Positions 8,508 to 18,543 of a DNA stretch of 49,154 nt are shown here, in pieces. The DNA is from Pseudomonas phage BUCT566. The notes below the pieces were generated by a model, which saw nothing but the letters and a program-made list of their open reading frames with translations, had not been told where the DNA came from and made no database searches. Each line of letters begins with the position of its first letter. The first letter of the stretch is position 1. Where the stretch lies: the sequence record MW748993.1. One strand, 5' to 3'. The translations under genes and the position numbers were made by a program.

Positions 8508-10996
8508 TGGCTGAGAATGTCGGCAGCATCTACTACACCGTCGAGGCGGATACCTCCAGCCTCGTCAACGGTGCGAACGCCGCCGATCGCTCGCTGGACA
8601 GCATGCAGGGTTCCATGCAGCGGACCGATGCGACTGCTGGGAAGTTGCAGACCCGCATGACCAGGGTGGCGGGAGCTGTGCGGCAGGCCAACCAGCAGAT
8701 CGGCGCCCAGACCTCAGCATACAGCGGGCTGACCCGGGTCGTTGCTGCTTACCTTTCGCTCCGGACGCTCCAGTCGGTCATCGAACTTTCCGACCAGTAC
8801 GGCCAGATGGCGTCGCGCATTCGGAACGCTACCAGTAGCGCCGAAGAGTACGCCATGGTGCAGGAGCGGCTGTTGCAGACCGCCAACGGCACCTTCCGGG
8901 CGCTGAGCGAGGCTCAAGAGGTCTACCTGGCTACGGCTGACACGCTCCGGGATCTCGGCTACACCACGTCCGACGTTCTGGATATCACCGACTCGTTCTC
9001 CTACGCGCTGGTTCGCGACGCCGCGCGCGCCGACCAGGCCACCACCGCCATGGATGCGTGGTCCAAGGCGTTGATGAAGAACAAGGTCGAAGCCGATGGC
9101 TGGGCCTCGATCATGGCCGCGACTCCGTCGATCGTCGAAGGCATCGCCGAGGCTACCGGCCGGACCCAGGCTGAAATCCGGCAATTGGGCGCCAGCGGGA
9201 AGCTGTCTGTCGAGGCGCTGAACGAAGGGTTGCGCCGCACCCGGGACGAGAACAAGGCATTGGCCGATGAGATGGAAACATCGGTCGCAGACTCGTTTAC
9301 CAAGCTGCGCAACAGCATGACGGTGTTCATCGGAAAGGTGAACGAGTCGAGCGGCGCCAGCCAGGTTCTGACCAGCAACATCGCCGAACTCGCGGATGCA
9401 TTGCAGGACCCCGAGACCATTCGTGCCGCCCAGGAGTTGGCGGCCGGGGTGGTAGGCGCCCTCAACCAGATCATCGCCGGCGCGAAAGAAACCGTTCGGA
9501 TCGTCAAATGGGCGGCCGAGGGAATTGCCGCGGCGCTACACGGCGCGGCGTCTGACGATATTGTCCGCCTGGAGGACCAGCTCAACACGTACCAGGAGAT
9601 GCTGGCCAACCCGCTGAAGCGCCTGCGTATCGGTGGGAAAGGGCAGGCGATCGCGCTGTTCAGTGAGGACGAAATCAAGGCGAATATCGCCGCGACGCAA
9701 GCGCTGATCGACCAGTTCTACAAGGACCAGGAGAAGAAGCCTCCGGTAGTTGTGCCGAACGTAGAGTCACCGTCTACCCAGGGTAAATCGGGCGGGAAGA
9801 CCGGTACCGTCAACGCCGAGGCCGCTGCCACCGCAGGCACGAAGAAGCTCACCGAGGCGCAGAAGGCAGCCAAGAAAGCCGCTCAGGAACTCGCCCAGGC
9901 GCAGAAGGAAAACATCGACACTATTGCTGGCCTCGGCCAGCAACTCGCTCTTGTCGGCCTGAAGGGCAAGGACCTGATGCAGACCCAGGCAGAGCTGCAA
10001 CTCAACGAGTACGCCACGCCGGAGCAGGTCGCCCAGGTCCGCGCGCTCGCCGCAGCTCTGTACGAAGCGCAACAGGTCGAAGCCAACAAGCAGTTGCTGG
10101 GGCAGATGGACCCGATCGCCGGCGAAGACCAGCGCTACCAGACCGAACTGGAGAATCTGAAAAAGCTGAACGAGGCCAAGTTGCTCGAGGACCAGCGCTA
10201 CCTGGAACTCAAGACGCAGGCCGAGCAACAGCACGATGCCACGATGAAGCAACTGGAGGAGGAACGATTCCGCCGCCAGGCTGCCGGCAACGAGATGATC
10301 ATGGCAACGCTGGATCAGGTGCAGCAGGCCGGCACGAACGCTCTGACTGGGCTGATAACCGGGGCGAACAACGGTGCCGATGCCATGCGGCAACTGGCCG
10401 GCGCCATGCTGAACCAGGTCGTTGGCGCCCTCGTCAAGGTCGGCATCGAACAGGCGAAGAACTTCATCATGGGGCAGGCCCAGCAGGCGGCTGCGGCGAC
10501 GACAGCCGCGGCGACCGGCGCCGCTATGGCTTCTGCCTACGCGCCAGCCGCCGCTGCCGCCTCGGTTGCGTCATTCGGTGGGGCGGCAACGGCTGGCCTT
10601 ACCGCAATGGCGGCCGCTATCCCGGCGATGCTTGGCATGTTCGCTGGTGGCCGACAGTACGGAGGCCCCGTAGGGGCTGGTGGCATGTACCGCATCAACG
10701 AGAACGGCGCGCCAGAGGTGTTCCAGGCTGCGAATGGCCGGCAGTACATGCTGCCGAACACCCGTGGAGAGGTGATCAGCAACGGCGACGCCACCGCACA
10801 GGGCTCGCCGCAGATCAGCCTGCAGATCATCAACAACGGTCCTCCGGTTTCCGCCACCGCCACCATGGACGGGAACAACCTGCGGGTAACTCTCGATGCG
10901 GTCGAGCAGGACTTTGCCAACAAGGTTTCGTCCGGCCAGGGGCTTTACCCGAAAGCAATCGAAGGCGCATATGGATTCAAGAGGGCAGGGCGATGA
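8507..10996 (+). CDS. tail tape measure protein
   Basis: 829 aa, ATG with AAAGGAG RBS (ORF-track 8453 start is a GTG extension); Ala/Gln-rich helical protein with Gly/Ala-rich C-terminal block; lambda H-like placement. Confidence 0.8.
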   Translation: MAENVGSIYYTVEADTSSLVNGANAADRSLDSMQGSMQRTDATAGKLQTRMTRVAGAVRQANQQIGAQTSAYSGLTRVVAAYLSLRTLQSVIELSDQYGQMASRIRNATSSAEEYAMVQERLLQTANGTFRALSEAQEVYLATADTLRDLGYTTSDVLDITDSFSYALVRDAARADQATTAMDAWSKALMKNKVEADGWASIMAATPSIVEGIAEATGRTQAEIRQLGASGKLSVEALNEGLRRTRDENKALADEMETSVADSFTKLRNSMTVFIGKVNESSGASQVLTSNIAELADALQDPETIRAAQELAAGVVGALNQIIAGAKETVRIVKWAAEGIAAALHGAASDDIVRLEDQLNTYQEMLANPLKRLRIGGKGQAIALFSEDEIKANIAATQALIDQFYKDQEKKPPVVVPNVESPSTQGKSGGKTGTVNAEAAATAGTKKLTEAQKAAKKAAQELAQAQKENIDTIAGLGQQLALVGLKGKDLMQTQAELQLNEYATPEQVAQVRALAAALYEAQQVEANKQLLGQMDPIAGEDQRYQTELENLKKLNEAKLLEDQRYLELKTQAEQQHDATMKQLEEERFRRQAAGNEMIMATLDQVQQAGTNALTGLITGANNGADAMRQLAGAMLNQVVGALVKVGIEQAKNFIMGQAQQAAAATTAAATGAAMASAYAPAAAAASVASFGGAATAGLTAMAAAIPAMLGMFAGGRQYGGPVGAGGMYRINENGAPEVFQAANGRQYMLPNTRGEVISNGDATAQGSPQISLQIINNGPPVSATATMDGNNLRVTLDAVEQDFANKVSSGQGLYPKAIEGAYGFKRAGR

Positions 10997-11460
10997 TCAA
11001 ATGGCCTGATGGCCTTCCCTTCCCGCTCAGGGAGGGTTACGGCTTCAAGACGGTAGAGCCTATGGCCAGGACGTCCCTCCAGAGCGGTCGGGCACGCTAC
11101 AGGCGGAACTTCAGCAATGTGCCGGTCGCACTGGAGGTTTCCTGGCTGTTCACTGCTGAGCAGGCCCGGCTGTTCAAAGGGTGGTACCGAGACGTCCTGA
11201 AAGACGGCGTCAAGTGGTTCGAGTGCGATTTGCGTACGGAAGAGGGAATCGTTCCGTGCAACCTGCACTTCGAGGGGATCTACGACGGTGGCTATCTCGT
11301 CGGGCGTGACTACTGGCGCTTCAACGCAACCGTCGTGATGCGAGAGCGCTCGATCATCGATCCAAGGTGGGCCGAGATTCTGCCCGAGTACATCCTCCTC
11401 GCTGACATCTTCGACATCGCGATGAACAGGGAGTGGCCTCGACATGGCGACGGCTCTTGA
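10993..11460 (+). CDS. minor tail protein, lambda gpM-like
   Basis: 155 aa directly after TMP; local similarity to lambda M (..W...F.W pattern). Confidence 0.5.
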   Translation: MIKWPDGLPFPLREGYGFKTVEPMARTSLQSGRARYRRNFSNVPVALEVSWLFTAEQARLFKGWYRDVLKDGVKWFECDLRTEEGIVPCNLHFEGIYDGGYLVGRDYWRFNATVVMRERSIIDPRWAEILPEYILLADIFDIAMNREWPRHGDGS

Positions 11461-11935
11461 GCGCTTCTATGCCTCCGGCGGTGAAGACCTGAAGCTCGCC
11501 ACGGTCGAGTTGTCATGCCCGGCGTGGCCGGAGCCTATCCTCATCTGCCAGGGCTATGACGACATCACCTGCATGACCGAAGACGGGCGGCTACTTACGT
11601 TCATCGCTGGCGCTATCGACGTATCGATTCCGAAGCGAGACAACAGCGGAAACCAGAACGTCGGATTCGCAATCGACAACGTGACCGGATTCGCCCAGCA
11701 GCGTATCAACGAAGCCCTGGAGGCTGGCGAGTATGTGACCCTGATCCTGCGGATGTACCTGGAGAGCGATCTCACAGCGCCCGCTGAGCGGCCATACCGC
11801 ATGAGGGTCAAGACGCCGGGTTTCGAGGGTCTCACTGTTCAGGTCGAGGCCGGTTACTACGACCTCATCAACACCGCCGCGCTGCGCCACATCTACAACG
11901 TCAGCGAGTTCCCCGGACTCAAATACTGGCCTTGA
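11444..11935 (+). CDS. minor tail protein (gpL-position)
   Basis: 163-aa ORF between gpM-like and NlpC/P60 genes. Confidence 0.4.
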   Translation: MATALERFYASGGEDLKLATVELSCPAWPEPILICQGYDDITCMTEDGRLLTFIAGAIDVSIPKRDNSGNQNVGFAIDNVTGFAQQRINEALEAGEYVTLILRMYLESDLTAPAERPYRMRVKTPGFEGLTVQVEAGYYDLINTAALRHIYNVSEFPGLKYWP

Positions 11936-11939
11936 TCCC

Positions 11940-12347
11940 ATGCCGAACAGATACCTCACCGCCATCTATACCGAGGGCGGGCGGGCCCTGCCGTGCCTGG
12001 ACTGCTGGGGCCTGACGCTCATAGCGCGGGTTGAGCTGTTCGGACTGCCGATGCTGACCGACTTCGGTGGTGTCACGCGACTCACCCCGGTTTCGATGCA
12101 GCGGGCGTGCGATATGGAGATCCAGCGCGCGCTCGAGCAATGCGAGCCAGGACCTGGGGTCATCGCCGCGGCCTATAGAGGGCGTCTGCTCGATCACGTA
12201 GGTCTGCTGGTCGAGGTGGATGGTCGCCTGCGGATTCTCGAAATCAACCCGGGAAGCGGGGTGTCGCTCACTCCGCTCCAGAAGTTCTCCGACAAATATT
12301 CCAAGGTGGTCTTCTACCGTGATCGAAATCTACCCATCGCTCCTTGA
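11940..12347 (+). CDS. tail-associated NlpC/P60-family peptidase (gpK-like)
   Basis: LPCLDCWGL (catalytic Cys context) and downstream LDHVGL His; 135 aa. Confidence 0.55.
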   Translation: MPNRYLTAIYTEGGRALPCLDCWGLTLIARVELFGLPMLTDFGGVTRLTPVSMQRACDMEIQRALEQCEPGPGVIAAAYRGRLLDHVGLLVEVDGRLRILEINPGSGVSLTPLQKFSDKYSKVVFYRDRNLPIAP

Positions 12348-15048
12348 CGGAGAACCGCTGGAGCGGCATCCGATCGGCCGCAGGATGACGATCCATGCGT
12401 GGCTGACTGCGAATTCGCCTGGGTACCGCTGCCACGACGTCCACCCGTTCTCTATCGGTGTTGTCCCCGCCGAGGTTGCGCTCTGCGATGACCTCACCGA
12501 CAAGCAGAAAAAGGCCCATGAGGAGTTCATCCATCCCGGTGAGTGGGCCGAGCGCATCATCGACCGCGGCGACATTGTGAGGATCTACAAGCTCCCGCGC
12601 GGGACTGATCCGTTCACGATTACTGCGGCCCTTTTCAAGGGGGCGCAATCGGTTTTTCGGATGCTCATGCCTCAATTGCCCGGCATGCCGACGAACCCCG
12701 GGCAGGGCGCGTCGCTTTCTGAAACCAGCGCGCGCGGGAACAAGGTAAAACTCGGCGATGCGATCCGCGAAGTCGCTGGCCGTCGTCTGATTTATCCAGA
12801 CTACATCCTGCCGCCCCGGAAGTATTTCGCCGGTCCGCGTGAGCAGTGGACCGAAATGCTCCTGTGTATTGGCCGTGGTCGGTTCCAGATCGCCGAAGGG
12901 GCAGCGAAAATCGGTGACACGTCGTTCCTGGCACTGGGCGCTGATGCCTCTTTCCAGATTTTCGAACCAGGGCAGAACGTCAGCGGGCACCCGGCATCGG
13001 TCTGGTGGCACCTGGTTGAGGAAGTTGGGGCGAGCTCAACTGGTAATGCCGGCCTGGACCTGACCGAGAGCTCCAATCTCACCCCGAACCCGTCGGCAAC
13101 TACGTTCACGTTTTCCGGAACGAACATCATTATTTCTGCCGGAGCCGGGTCGTTCCCCTCTGACTGGGTTGCGGGGACGATCCTGCGGGTTGAGGCGATG
13201 TACCCCTATTCGGTGAACGATGGCGGCGGGACGAATCGCGACGTCGTGACGGGGGATATCGCTCAGCTCGGGCTGGATGTTGGCGATGAGATCGAGGTGG
13301 TCGGCACCAACGGCGGCCTCTACCTGGTGAACGACATCACCTCAACGTCGATGACGCTCAACTACAGCAACGGTTCGCCGGCCAATGCGTTGCAGACCGG
13401 CTCCGGAAATGCAGCAATTGGCCCGCGTGGCCTGCGCTATCGGATCACGTCCTACAGCGCGCAGCAACTCACCGTCGAGCGGCTGACCAGTGCGGGTGGT
13501 GTCGATGTTGACTGGCCAGGATTCACCGCTCTCAACTCGTCTACGTCCCGAGTCACCATCGATCCGACCAGCCTAGAAGGGGGCTGGCGCGGTCCCTTCC
13601 CGGCGTGCCCTGTATCGGAGAAGACCAACTTCGTCGAGATCGACGTGTTTTGCCCGGAAGGCCTGTGCGGCGTAGGCAGGGAAGGGCAGATCTACCAGAT
13701 CCGCACCTATTACGACATTCAGTGGCGAGACATGGCCATCGGCGGCGCATGGACGACGGTCAGCAAGAACCATGCTGGCAGTTCTCTCGACCAGCAGGGT
13801 TTTACGGACGGCATCCCGCTTCCGTACATGATGCGGCCCGAGTTTCGCATCAGAAAAGTGTTCGTCAACCAGGGTGGCAACTCAACATCCGAGTACCGAG
13901 ACCGCACCCAGTGGTACGGGATGCGCGCGCGCCTACAGGCTCCATCGTCCTACGCCGGAGTCACGACGATGGCCGTCAGGTATCGGTCGTCTGACCGTAT
14001 CGCAGCGCAGACCGAAAGCCGCGTTTCGGTGGAAGCTACTCGCATGCTACCGACTCGGCAGAACGGTGCATGGACGAGCGAGATCGCTACGCGAGACATC
14101 GTCCCGTTCCTCTGCTACATCGCGAAGGAGCGCGGCTACACCGATGCGGATCTCGATCTCGAAGAACTGGATCGGCTGGACGCCATCTGGAAGGCCCGCG
14201 GCGACACGTTCGACATGATCTACGAGGACGGTAAGGTCACGGTCGCCCAGATCATGGACGACGTGCTTGCGGCCGGGTACGCCGAGAAGACCATCAAGCG
14301 CGGCGTGATCTCTGCGGCCCGAGACGAGCCAAGGACAACATTCGGGCACATGTACTCGCCGCAGAACATGGATGGTCCACTGAGGATCAGCATCAGCGCT
14401 CCTTCGGAGGACGACTACGACGGTGTTGACGTGGATTTCGTCAACGCCAACGGCTGGATCGAAGATACCGTGCAGTGCCGCCTGCCCGGCGATGTCGGCA
14501 GGAAGGTCGAGAAGATCACGGCTGTCGGTGTCACAAACCGCGATCGGGCCTGGCGCTATGGCATGCGCCGCAGGATGGCACAGCGATACCGGCGAACCGA
14601 GTATTCGTTCGATACCGGCCTCGACGCGCTGAACAGCGAGTTCTGGGATTACGTGGCTCTCGCCGGCGATGTTCCAGGCCCTGGGCTGGCGCAGAGCGCA
14701 TATCTGAAATCGTTCGTGATCTCGGGAAACTCGGTGCTGATCGAGTCCAGCGAGCCGCTCGATTGGTCGCTGCTGAGCTCTCCAGCGCTGTACCTGCGCC
14801 GGCCAGACGGAACGGTTTCCGGCGGATACCCGGCATCCCGGATCGACGACTACCGGCTGAGCATTCCAAGCATCGATTTCGTCCCCGATGTTTCCTGGGA
14901 GATCGAGCCGCCGCACTTATTGCTGGGAAATCCATACCCGGCACTGATCAGTTCCATTGATCCCAACGGAAATACCGCGGCATCTGTTCGTGCGGTGAAC
15001 TACGACCCCAGGGTCTACACCTACGACAACGCCAGCGCCCCCAACTGA
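12319..15048 (+). CDS. tail tip / host-specificity protein (gpJ-like central fiber)
   Basis: 909 aa from GTG 12319 with AAGGTGG RBS (alternative ATG 12385; ORF-track 12220 start overlaps gpK-like gene); largest tail gene after K-like gene; followed by intrinsic terminator. Confidence 0.55.
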   Translation: MIEIYPSLLDGEPLERHPIGRRMTIHAWLTANSPGYRCHDVHPFSIGVVPAEVALCDDLTDKQKKAHEEFIHPGEWAERIIDRGDIVRIYKLPRGTDPFTITAALFKGAQSVFRMLMPQLPGMPTNPGQGASLSETSARGNKVKLGDAIREVAGRRLIYPDYILPPRKYFAGPREQWTEMLLCIGRGRFQIAEGAAKIGDTSFLALGADASFQIFEPGQNVSGHPASVWWHLVEEVGASSTGNAGLDLTESSNLTPNPSATTFTFSGTNIIISAGAGSFPSDWVAGTILRVEAMYPYSVNDGGGTNRDVVTGDIAQLGLDVGDEIEVVGTNGGLYLVNDITSTSMTLNYSNGSPANALQTGSGNAAIGPRGLRYRITSYSAQQLTVERLTSAGGVDVDWPGFTALNSSTSRVTIDPTSLEGGWRGPFPACPVSEKTNFVEIDVFCPEGLCGVGREGQIYQIRTYYDIQWRDMAIGGAWTTVSKNHAGSSLDQQGFTDGIPLPYMMRPEFRIRKVFVNQGGNSTSEYRDRTQWYGMRARLQAPSSYAGVTTMAVRYRSSDRIAAQTESRVSVEATRMLPTRQNGAWTSEIATRDIVPFLCYIAKERGYTDADLDLEELDRLDAIWKARGDTFDMIYEDGKVTVAQIMDDVLAAGYAEKTIKRGVISAARDEPRTTFGHMYSPQNMDGPLRISISAPSEDDYDGVDVDFVNANGWIEDTVQCRLPGDVGRKVEKITAVGVTNRDRAWRYGMRRRMAQRYRRTEYSFDTGLDALNSEFWDYVALAGDVPGPGLAQSAYLKSFVISGNSVLIESSEPLDWSLLSSPALYLRRPDGTVSGGYPASRIDDYRLSIPSIDFVPDVSWEIEPPHLLLGNPYPALISSIDPNGNTAASVRAVNYDPRVYTYDNASAPN

Positions 15049-15066
15049 CCGCACACACAAATCCAG

Positions 15067-15090
15067 AGCCCGCCATAGAGCGGGCTTTTT
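15067..15090 (+). terminator. rho-independent terminator after J-like gene
   Basis: AGCCCGC-cataga-GCGGGCT followed by TTTTTCAT. Confidence 0.6.
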
Positions 15091-15108
15091 CATGCCCGGA
15101 GAATTTGC

Positions 15109-16779
15109 ATGACTACATATGCCACCGGCAATCCGCTTGGCTCCAAAGACCCGCGCGACTTGTACGATAACGCCGAGAACTTCGACGCTGCAATGAACGA
15201 CCGCGTGGACGTGGCGTGGAGTGACCGATTCGGCGTCTCTAGAAAAACCTGGTTTGGAGTCGAACAGCAGGTCAACGACTTCCTCGCCAACGCCGGCTTC
15301 GAGCCGGTGCCGCTGGAGTACGTCGATGGCACTCCGCTTACCGTTGATCGGCCAACACAACTGATTGAGCGCGATGGGAACTTATACAGCGTCAAGCTTC
15401 CAGCATCGTTCCCTGTAAACCTTACTGGGAACTGGGCGACTGATCAGAACCTATTGGTCGCTCAAGTAGACCGTTCTCTCCGCCAACAACTGAGGGATGC
15501 TGGCGGGTCAGGTATGGTGGGATTCAATGCATCTGAATCTTACCCATCAGACACAGTCGGCTATGAAGTAAAGACCCTCGGGGCGCTCAAGGTTGTCGTA
15601 GTTACGAATTACGGCGCCACCGGCAACGGGACGACTGATGACACGGCGGCGATTCAGTCTGCCATTGCAGCAGCAGGGCCATATTCAGATGTCGTATTCC
15701 CGTCTGGAACTTACCTCATCACCTCTACGCTCACCTCGTTGACTGGTCAGCGCTGGCTTGGTAGGGGCGGCCAACGAGGCACGACGATCAAGAAGGGCGC
15801 CAACATCGACATGGTTGTTGTGGGCACCCTTTCCACCATTCTTGATATCAACCTCGAAGGCGTTGGTGCCACCTATACAGGAAAGGGGTTCAGGATCGTC
15901 TCTGGATTTAGTCAGACGATCACTCGGTGCCGTGCGGTAAACATGGGAGGTAACCCCATGTGGTTCGATGTCGATGCAGGCGGCGGGGCTAACGTGACAT
16001 GCTTTGAAGGTTATCCAGTAGATCCAGACGCCTATGCAGGAATCCAGATTGCTGGTGATACTGGTGCTCACCCTAGATTTTTCCGTGGGATTTGGCTAAG
16101 TGGTGCAAACTTCGCGCTCGGCCCAGGCGCCGGTAATGGTGGGAGTCTGTCTGAGTTCTATATCAGAACTTTCGTATTTGATCCGACATCTACGCTTTTC
16201 CATATTTCAAATGGAAGGTGCTCTACTCCATCTACAACTATTAGGGGTTTTGACCATTCCATTGATGGGGTTGCATTCCCAGGGCCTTTAACCCTTGACT
16301 CTGCTCAAGGAATTAACTTCGGACCATCCTGCGGAATAAATAACAACTTCGCCGAACTCAACTCGCAATACAACGCTGTCTATATCCAGCGCAGGACTTA
16401 CACTCCAACGTGGGTGCAGTCTACTGCTACGCCATCGATAGGAAATGGCACTCTTACCGGGAATTTCGTCAGGTCTGGTCATATGTGCCACCTACAGCTT
16501 GAGCTTATTGCTGGGTCGACCACGACCTTTGGAGATAGTGCCTCGGCTTATAGATTCTCTCTCCCTTTCCCCGCGCATCTTTCTTTCAACCAGCGAGGCT
16601 TCCCTGTTCGTATCTTCGATACGAGCGCTGGTGCGGATTTCACGGGATGGGTGAGTATTCCGGCCGGCTCTACAGAGTTTACGATCTCTTTCGGCGCGCA
16701 ATCGGTTAGGGCGTCTTCGCCCATGACCTGGGCAAGCGGAGACACCTTGCAGTGCTCATTTTCGTACATGGTTAGGTAG
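15109..16779 (+). CDS. tailspike / receptor-binding depolymerase with pectate-lyase-type beta-helix
   Basis: GGAGAA RBS; conserved N-terminal anchor domain then YGATGNGTTDDTAAIQSAIAAA motif (Pectate_lyase_3 signature); GC content drops in C-terminal half. Confidence 0.7.
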   Translation: MTTYATGNPLGSKDPRDLYDNAENFDAAMNDRVDVAWSDRFGVSRKTWFGVEQQVNDFLANAGFEPVPLEYVDGTPLTVDRPTQLIERDGNLYSVKLPASFPVNLTGNWATDQNLLVAQVDRSLRQQLRDAGGSGMVGFNASESYPSDTVGYEVKTLGALKVVVVTNYGATGNGTTDDTAAIQSAIAAAGPYSDVVFPSGTYLITSTLTSLTGQRWLGRGGQRGTTIKKGANIDMVVVGTLSTILDINLEGVGATYTGKGFRIVSGFSQTITRCRAVNMGGNPMWFDVDAGGGANVTCFEGYPVDPDAYAGIQIAGDTGAHPRFFRGIWLSGANFALGPGAGNGGSLSEFYIRTFVFDPTSTLFHISNGRCSTPSTTIRGFDHSIDGVAFPGPLTLDSAQGINFGPSCGINNNFAELNSQYNAVYIQRRTYTPTWVQSTATPSIGNGTLTGNFVRSGHMCHLQLELIAGSTTTFGDSASAYRFSLPFPAHLSFNQRGFPVRIFDTSAGADFTGWVSIPAGSTEFTISFGAQSVRASSPMTWASGDTLQCSFSYMVR

Positions 16780-16843
16780 GTTCGAGTCGCCACAGGGATG
16801 TGGCTATCGGCTACAATCGGCGCCTGTCAATCTGGAGGACGCC

Positions 16844-18100
16844 ATGTACGCGATGCTAACCGGGGTAACCCTGCTCATTTTTTCAGTGGTTGCAAGGCTT
16901 CTAGCGCGTAGCGCCATACACCCCTCGGTCGCTATGCCAGTCACCTGGGGGTTAGGCCTTCTCGGAGTCAGCCTAGCATCTATGATAGGTTTCTATCCTG
17001 TCGAGTCCGACGCTCTGCTTATTTTCCTCGCAGGTGTCCTTTCGTTTTCACTCTCGTCCGCATTTTTCTCTTTCATCTACAATTCATATACTCCTCCATA
17101 TAGCTACAATGTTCTTTTCGATAGAGACCTGCGCGCTAAATCTCTAGTTTTTTTCTTCTGTGTAGCACACCTGTTTTTTCTCACAGTAATCTACAGAGAT
17201 TTGTCTTCTATTGCTCCAACTCTGCGCGAAGCGGCATATATGGTTCGTGCGCAGTCAGTATCAGGTGAGCCACTCCTCAGTTCTTTGTCTCTAAATTATC
17301 TTCAGCTTGGTCAAACAGTAATACCTCTTGTGGTATTGCTTTATTTGCGCGGGAAATGCGGGGCTATAGGCATGCTGTCTGTTTCTGCTCCATGGATGGC
17401 TGTCATACTTCTGGCAAGCGGCAGATCATCTCTTATGCAGATGCTTGTCGGGTTGTTCTTTATTTATGTTCTGGTAAAGGGTCGTCCATCCATCAAGAGC
17501 ATTTTCGTGATAGGTGCGGCAATGTTCTTGGTAATTGCTGTTGGTGCAGTTGCAACGTCTAAGATCCAGTTTCACGAAGGTGATGGAATCTCTACCTTAT
17601 TCGTTGAGCTTTACCGTCACGTTGCTGGGTATGCTTTGCAGGGTCCTGTTTTATTTGATAGGTACTATCAGGGGCTGATTCAGGTTGAGCCTCATTGGTC
17701 GCCTTTTAACGGTCTTTGCAGTATGGGTTATATATTGGGCTTGTGTGATAAGCCTATTCAGCATCTAGATTTTTACGCTTATGCTCCCGGCGAGCTTGGG
17801 AACGTATACTCAGTATTCTTCTCTATGTACCCTCACTATGGTGTTTTAGGTGTGGTTTTCTTTATGTCTGTTTATGGCATGGTTTGCTCGTATGCATACT
17901 GTAAAGCCAAGAAGGGTAGTCTGTACTTCACAATTCTCTCCTCGTACTTCTTTTCTGCAATCGTGTTTTCCCTGTTTAGTGACCAGATATCCACCTCATG
18001 GTGGTTCTACGTCAAAATGACGATCATTCTGGGAGTCCTGTGCTTCGTGTTTAAGCGTGACAGGATGTTTGTGATACGCCTTCCGCAGAAAGCCAACTGA
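16844..18100 (+). CDS. polytopic membrane protein, O-antigen polymerase (Wzy)-like; probable serotype-conversion moron
   Basis: 418 aa, ~10-12 predicted TM helices, strongly AT-rich codon usage unlike rest of genome, GGAGGA RBS; located directly after tailspike. Confidence 0.5.
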   Translation: MYAMLTGVTLLIFSVVARLLARSAIHPSVAMPVTWGLGLLGVSLASMIGFYPVESDALLIFLAGVLSFSLSSAFFSFIYNSYTPPYSYNVLFDRDLRAKSLVFFFCVAHLFFLTVIYRDLSSIAPTLREAAYMVRAQSVSGEPLLSSLSLNYLQLGQTVIPLVVLLYLRGKCGAIGMLSVSAPWMAVILLASGRSSLMQMLVGLFFIYVLVKGRPSIKSIFVIGAAMFLVIAVGAVATSKIQFHEGDGISTLFVELYRHVAGYALQGPVLFDRYYQGLIQVEPHWSPFNGLCSMGYILGLCDKPIQHLDFYAYAPGELGNVYSVFFSMYPHYGVLGVVFFMSVYGMVCSYAYCKAKKGSLYFTILSSYFFSAIVFSLFSDQISTSWWFYVKMTIILGVLCFVFKRDRMFVIRLPQKAN

Positions 18101-18138
18101 TATCGTAAAGTCTTCGTCAACGTTCATGAGGGTCTGGT

Positions 18139-18486
18139 GTGGCTAAAAAGGGAATCGACTCGGCGATCATCCATGCGAAGCGGATGGCTAAGCTGAATAG
18201 CGCGTCCAGCAGCTACGGTTGCAGGACTTTGTTTATGCATCTGTCGGCCCTTCGTCCAGATACCCGAACCTCTCACGCCGCAAGGCACGGAAAGCTTTTC
18301 ACTGCTGATCAGGTAAGGGAGTGGTATGCGCGTGATGGCAATTCAGAGGGTTGCAGGTGCTCACTCGTCGAGGTTCTCGTAGACGAGCAGGGTATCCCCC
18401 TGACCCCCATGCTGGTTGAGCGTGCGCGTCAGACTTTCGAAAATATGAAGGCGAAGGGGCGCGGCGACTGGACAAGAGAACTGTGA
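18139..18486 (+). CDS. stand-alone paralog of the Mu F-like C-terminal domain
   Basis: GTG start after GAGGG; residues 31-115 align ~60% identical with C-terminal 85 aa of the 1407-2258 protein (LFMHLSALRPDTRTSHAARHGKLFT..W..DGNS.GCRCS.VEVLVD..G.P....VERAR....MKAKGRG.W). Confidence 0.5.
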   Translation: MAKKGIDSAIIHAKRMAKLNSASSSYGCRTLFMHLSALRPDTRTSHAARHGKLFTADQVREWYARDGNSEGCRCSLVEVLVDEQGIPLTPMLVERARQTFENMKAKGRGDWTREL

Positions 18487-18502
18487 CCTTGAGTGATCTC
18501 AG

Positions 18503-18531
18503 CAGCCCGGCCAAGAGCCGGGCTTTTTATT
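18503..18531 (+). terminator. rho-independent terminator
   Basis: GCCCGG-ccaaga-GCCGGGC followed by TTTTTATTT. Confidence 0.6.
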
Positions 18532-18543
18532 TCAGGAGAGCGT

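Noticed and set aside
12220-12318. Upstream start of the J-like gene given by the ORF track
   Set aside because: Would overlap the NlpC/P60 gene by 128 nt in another frame; GTG 12319 with AAGGTGG RBS is more plausible
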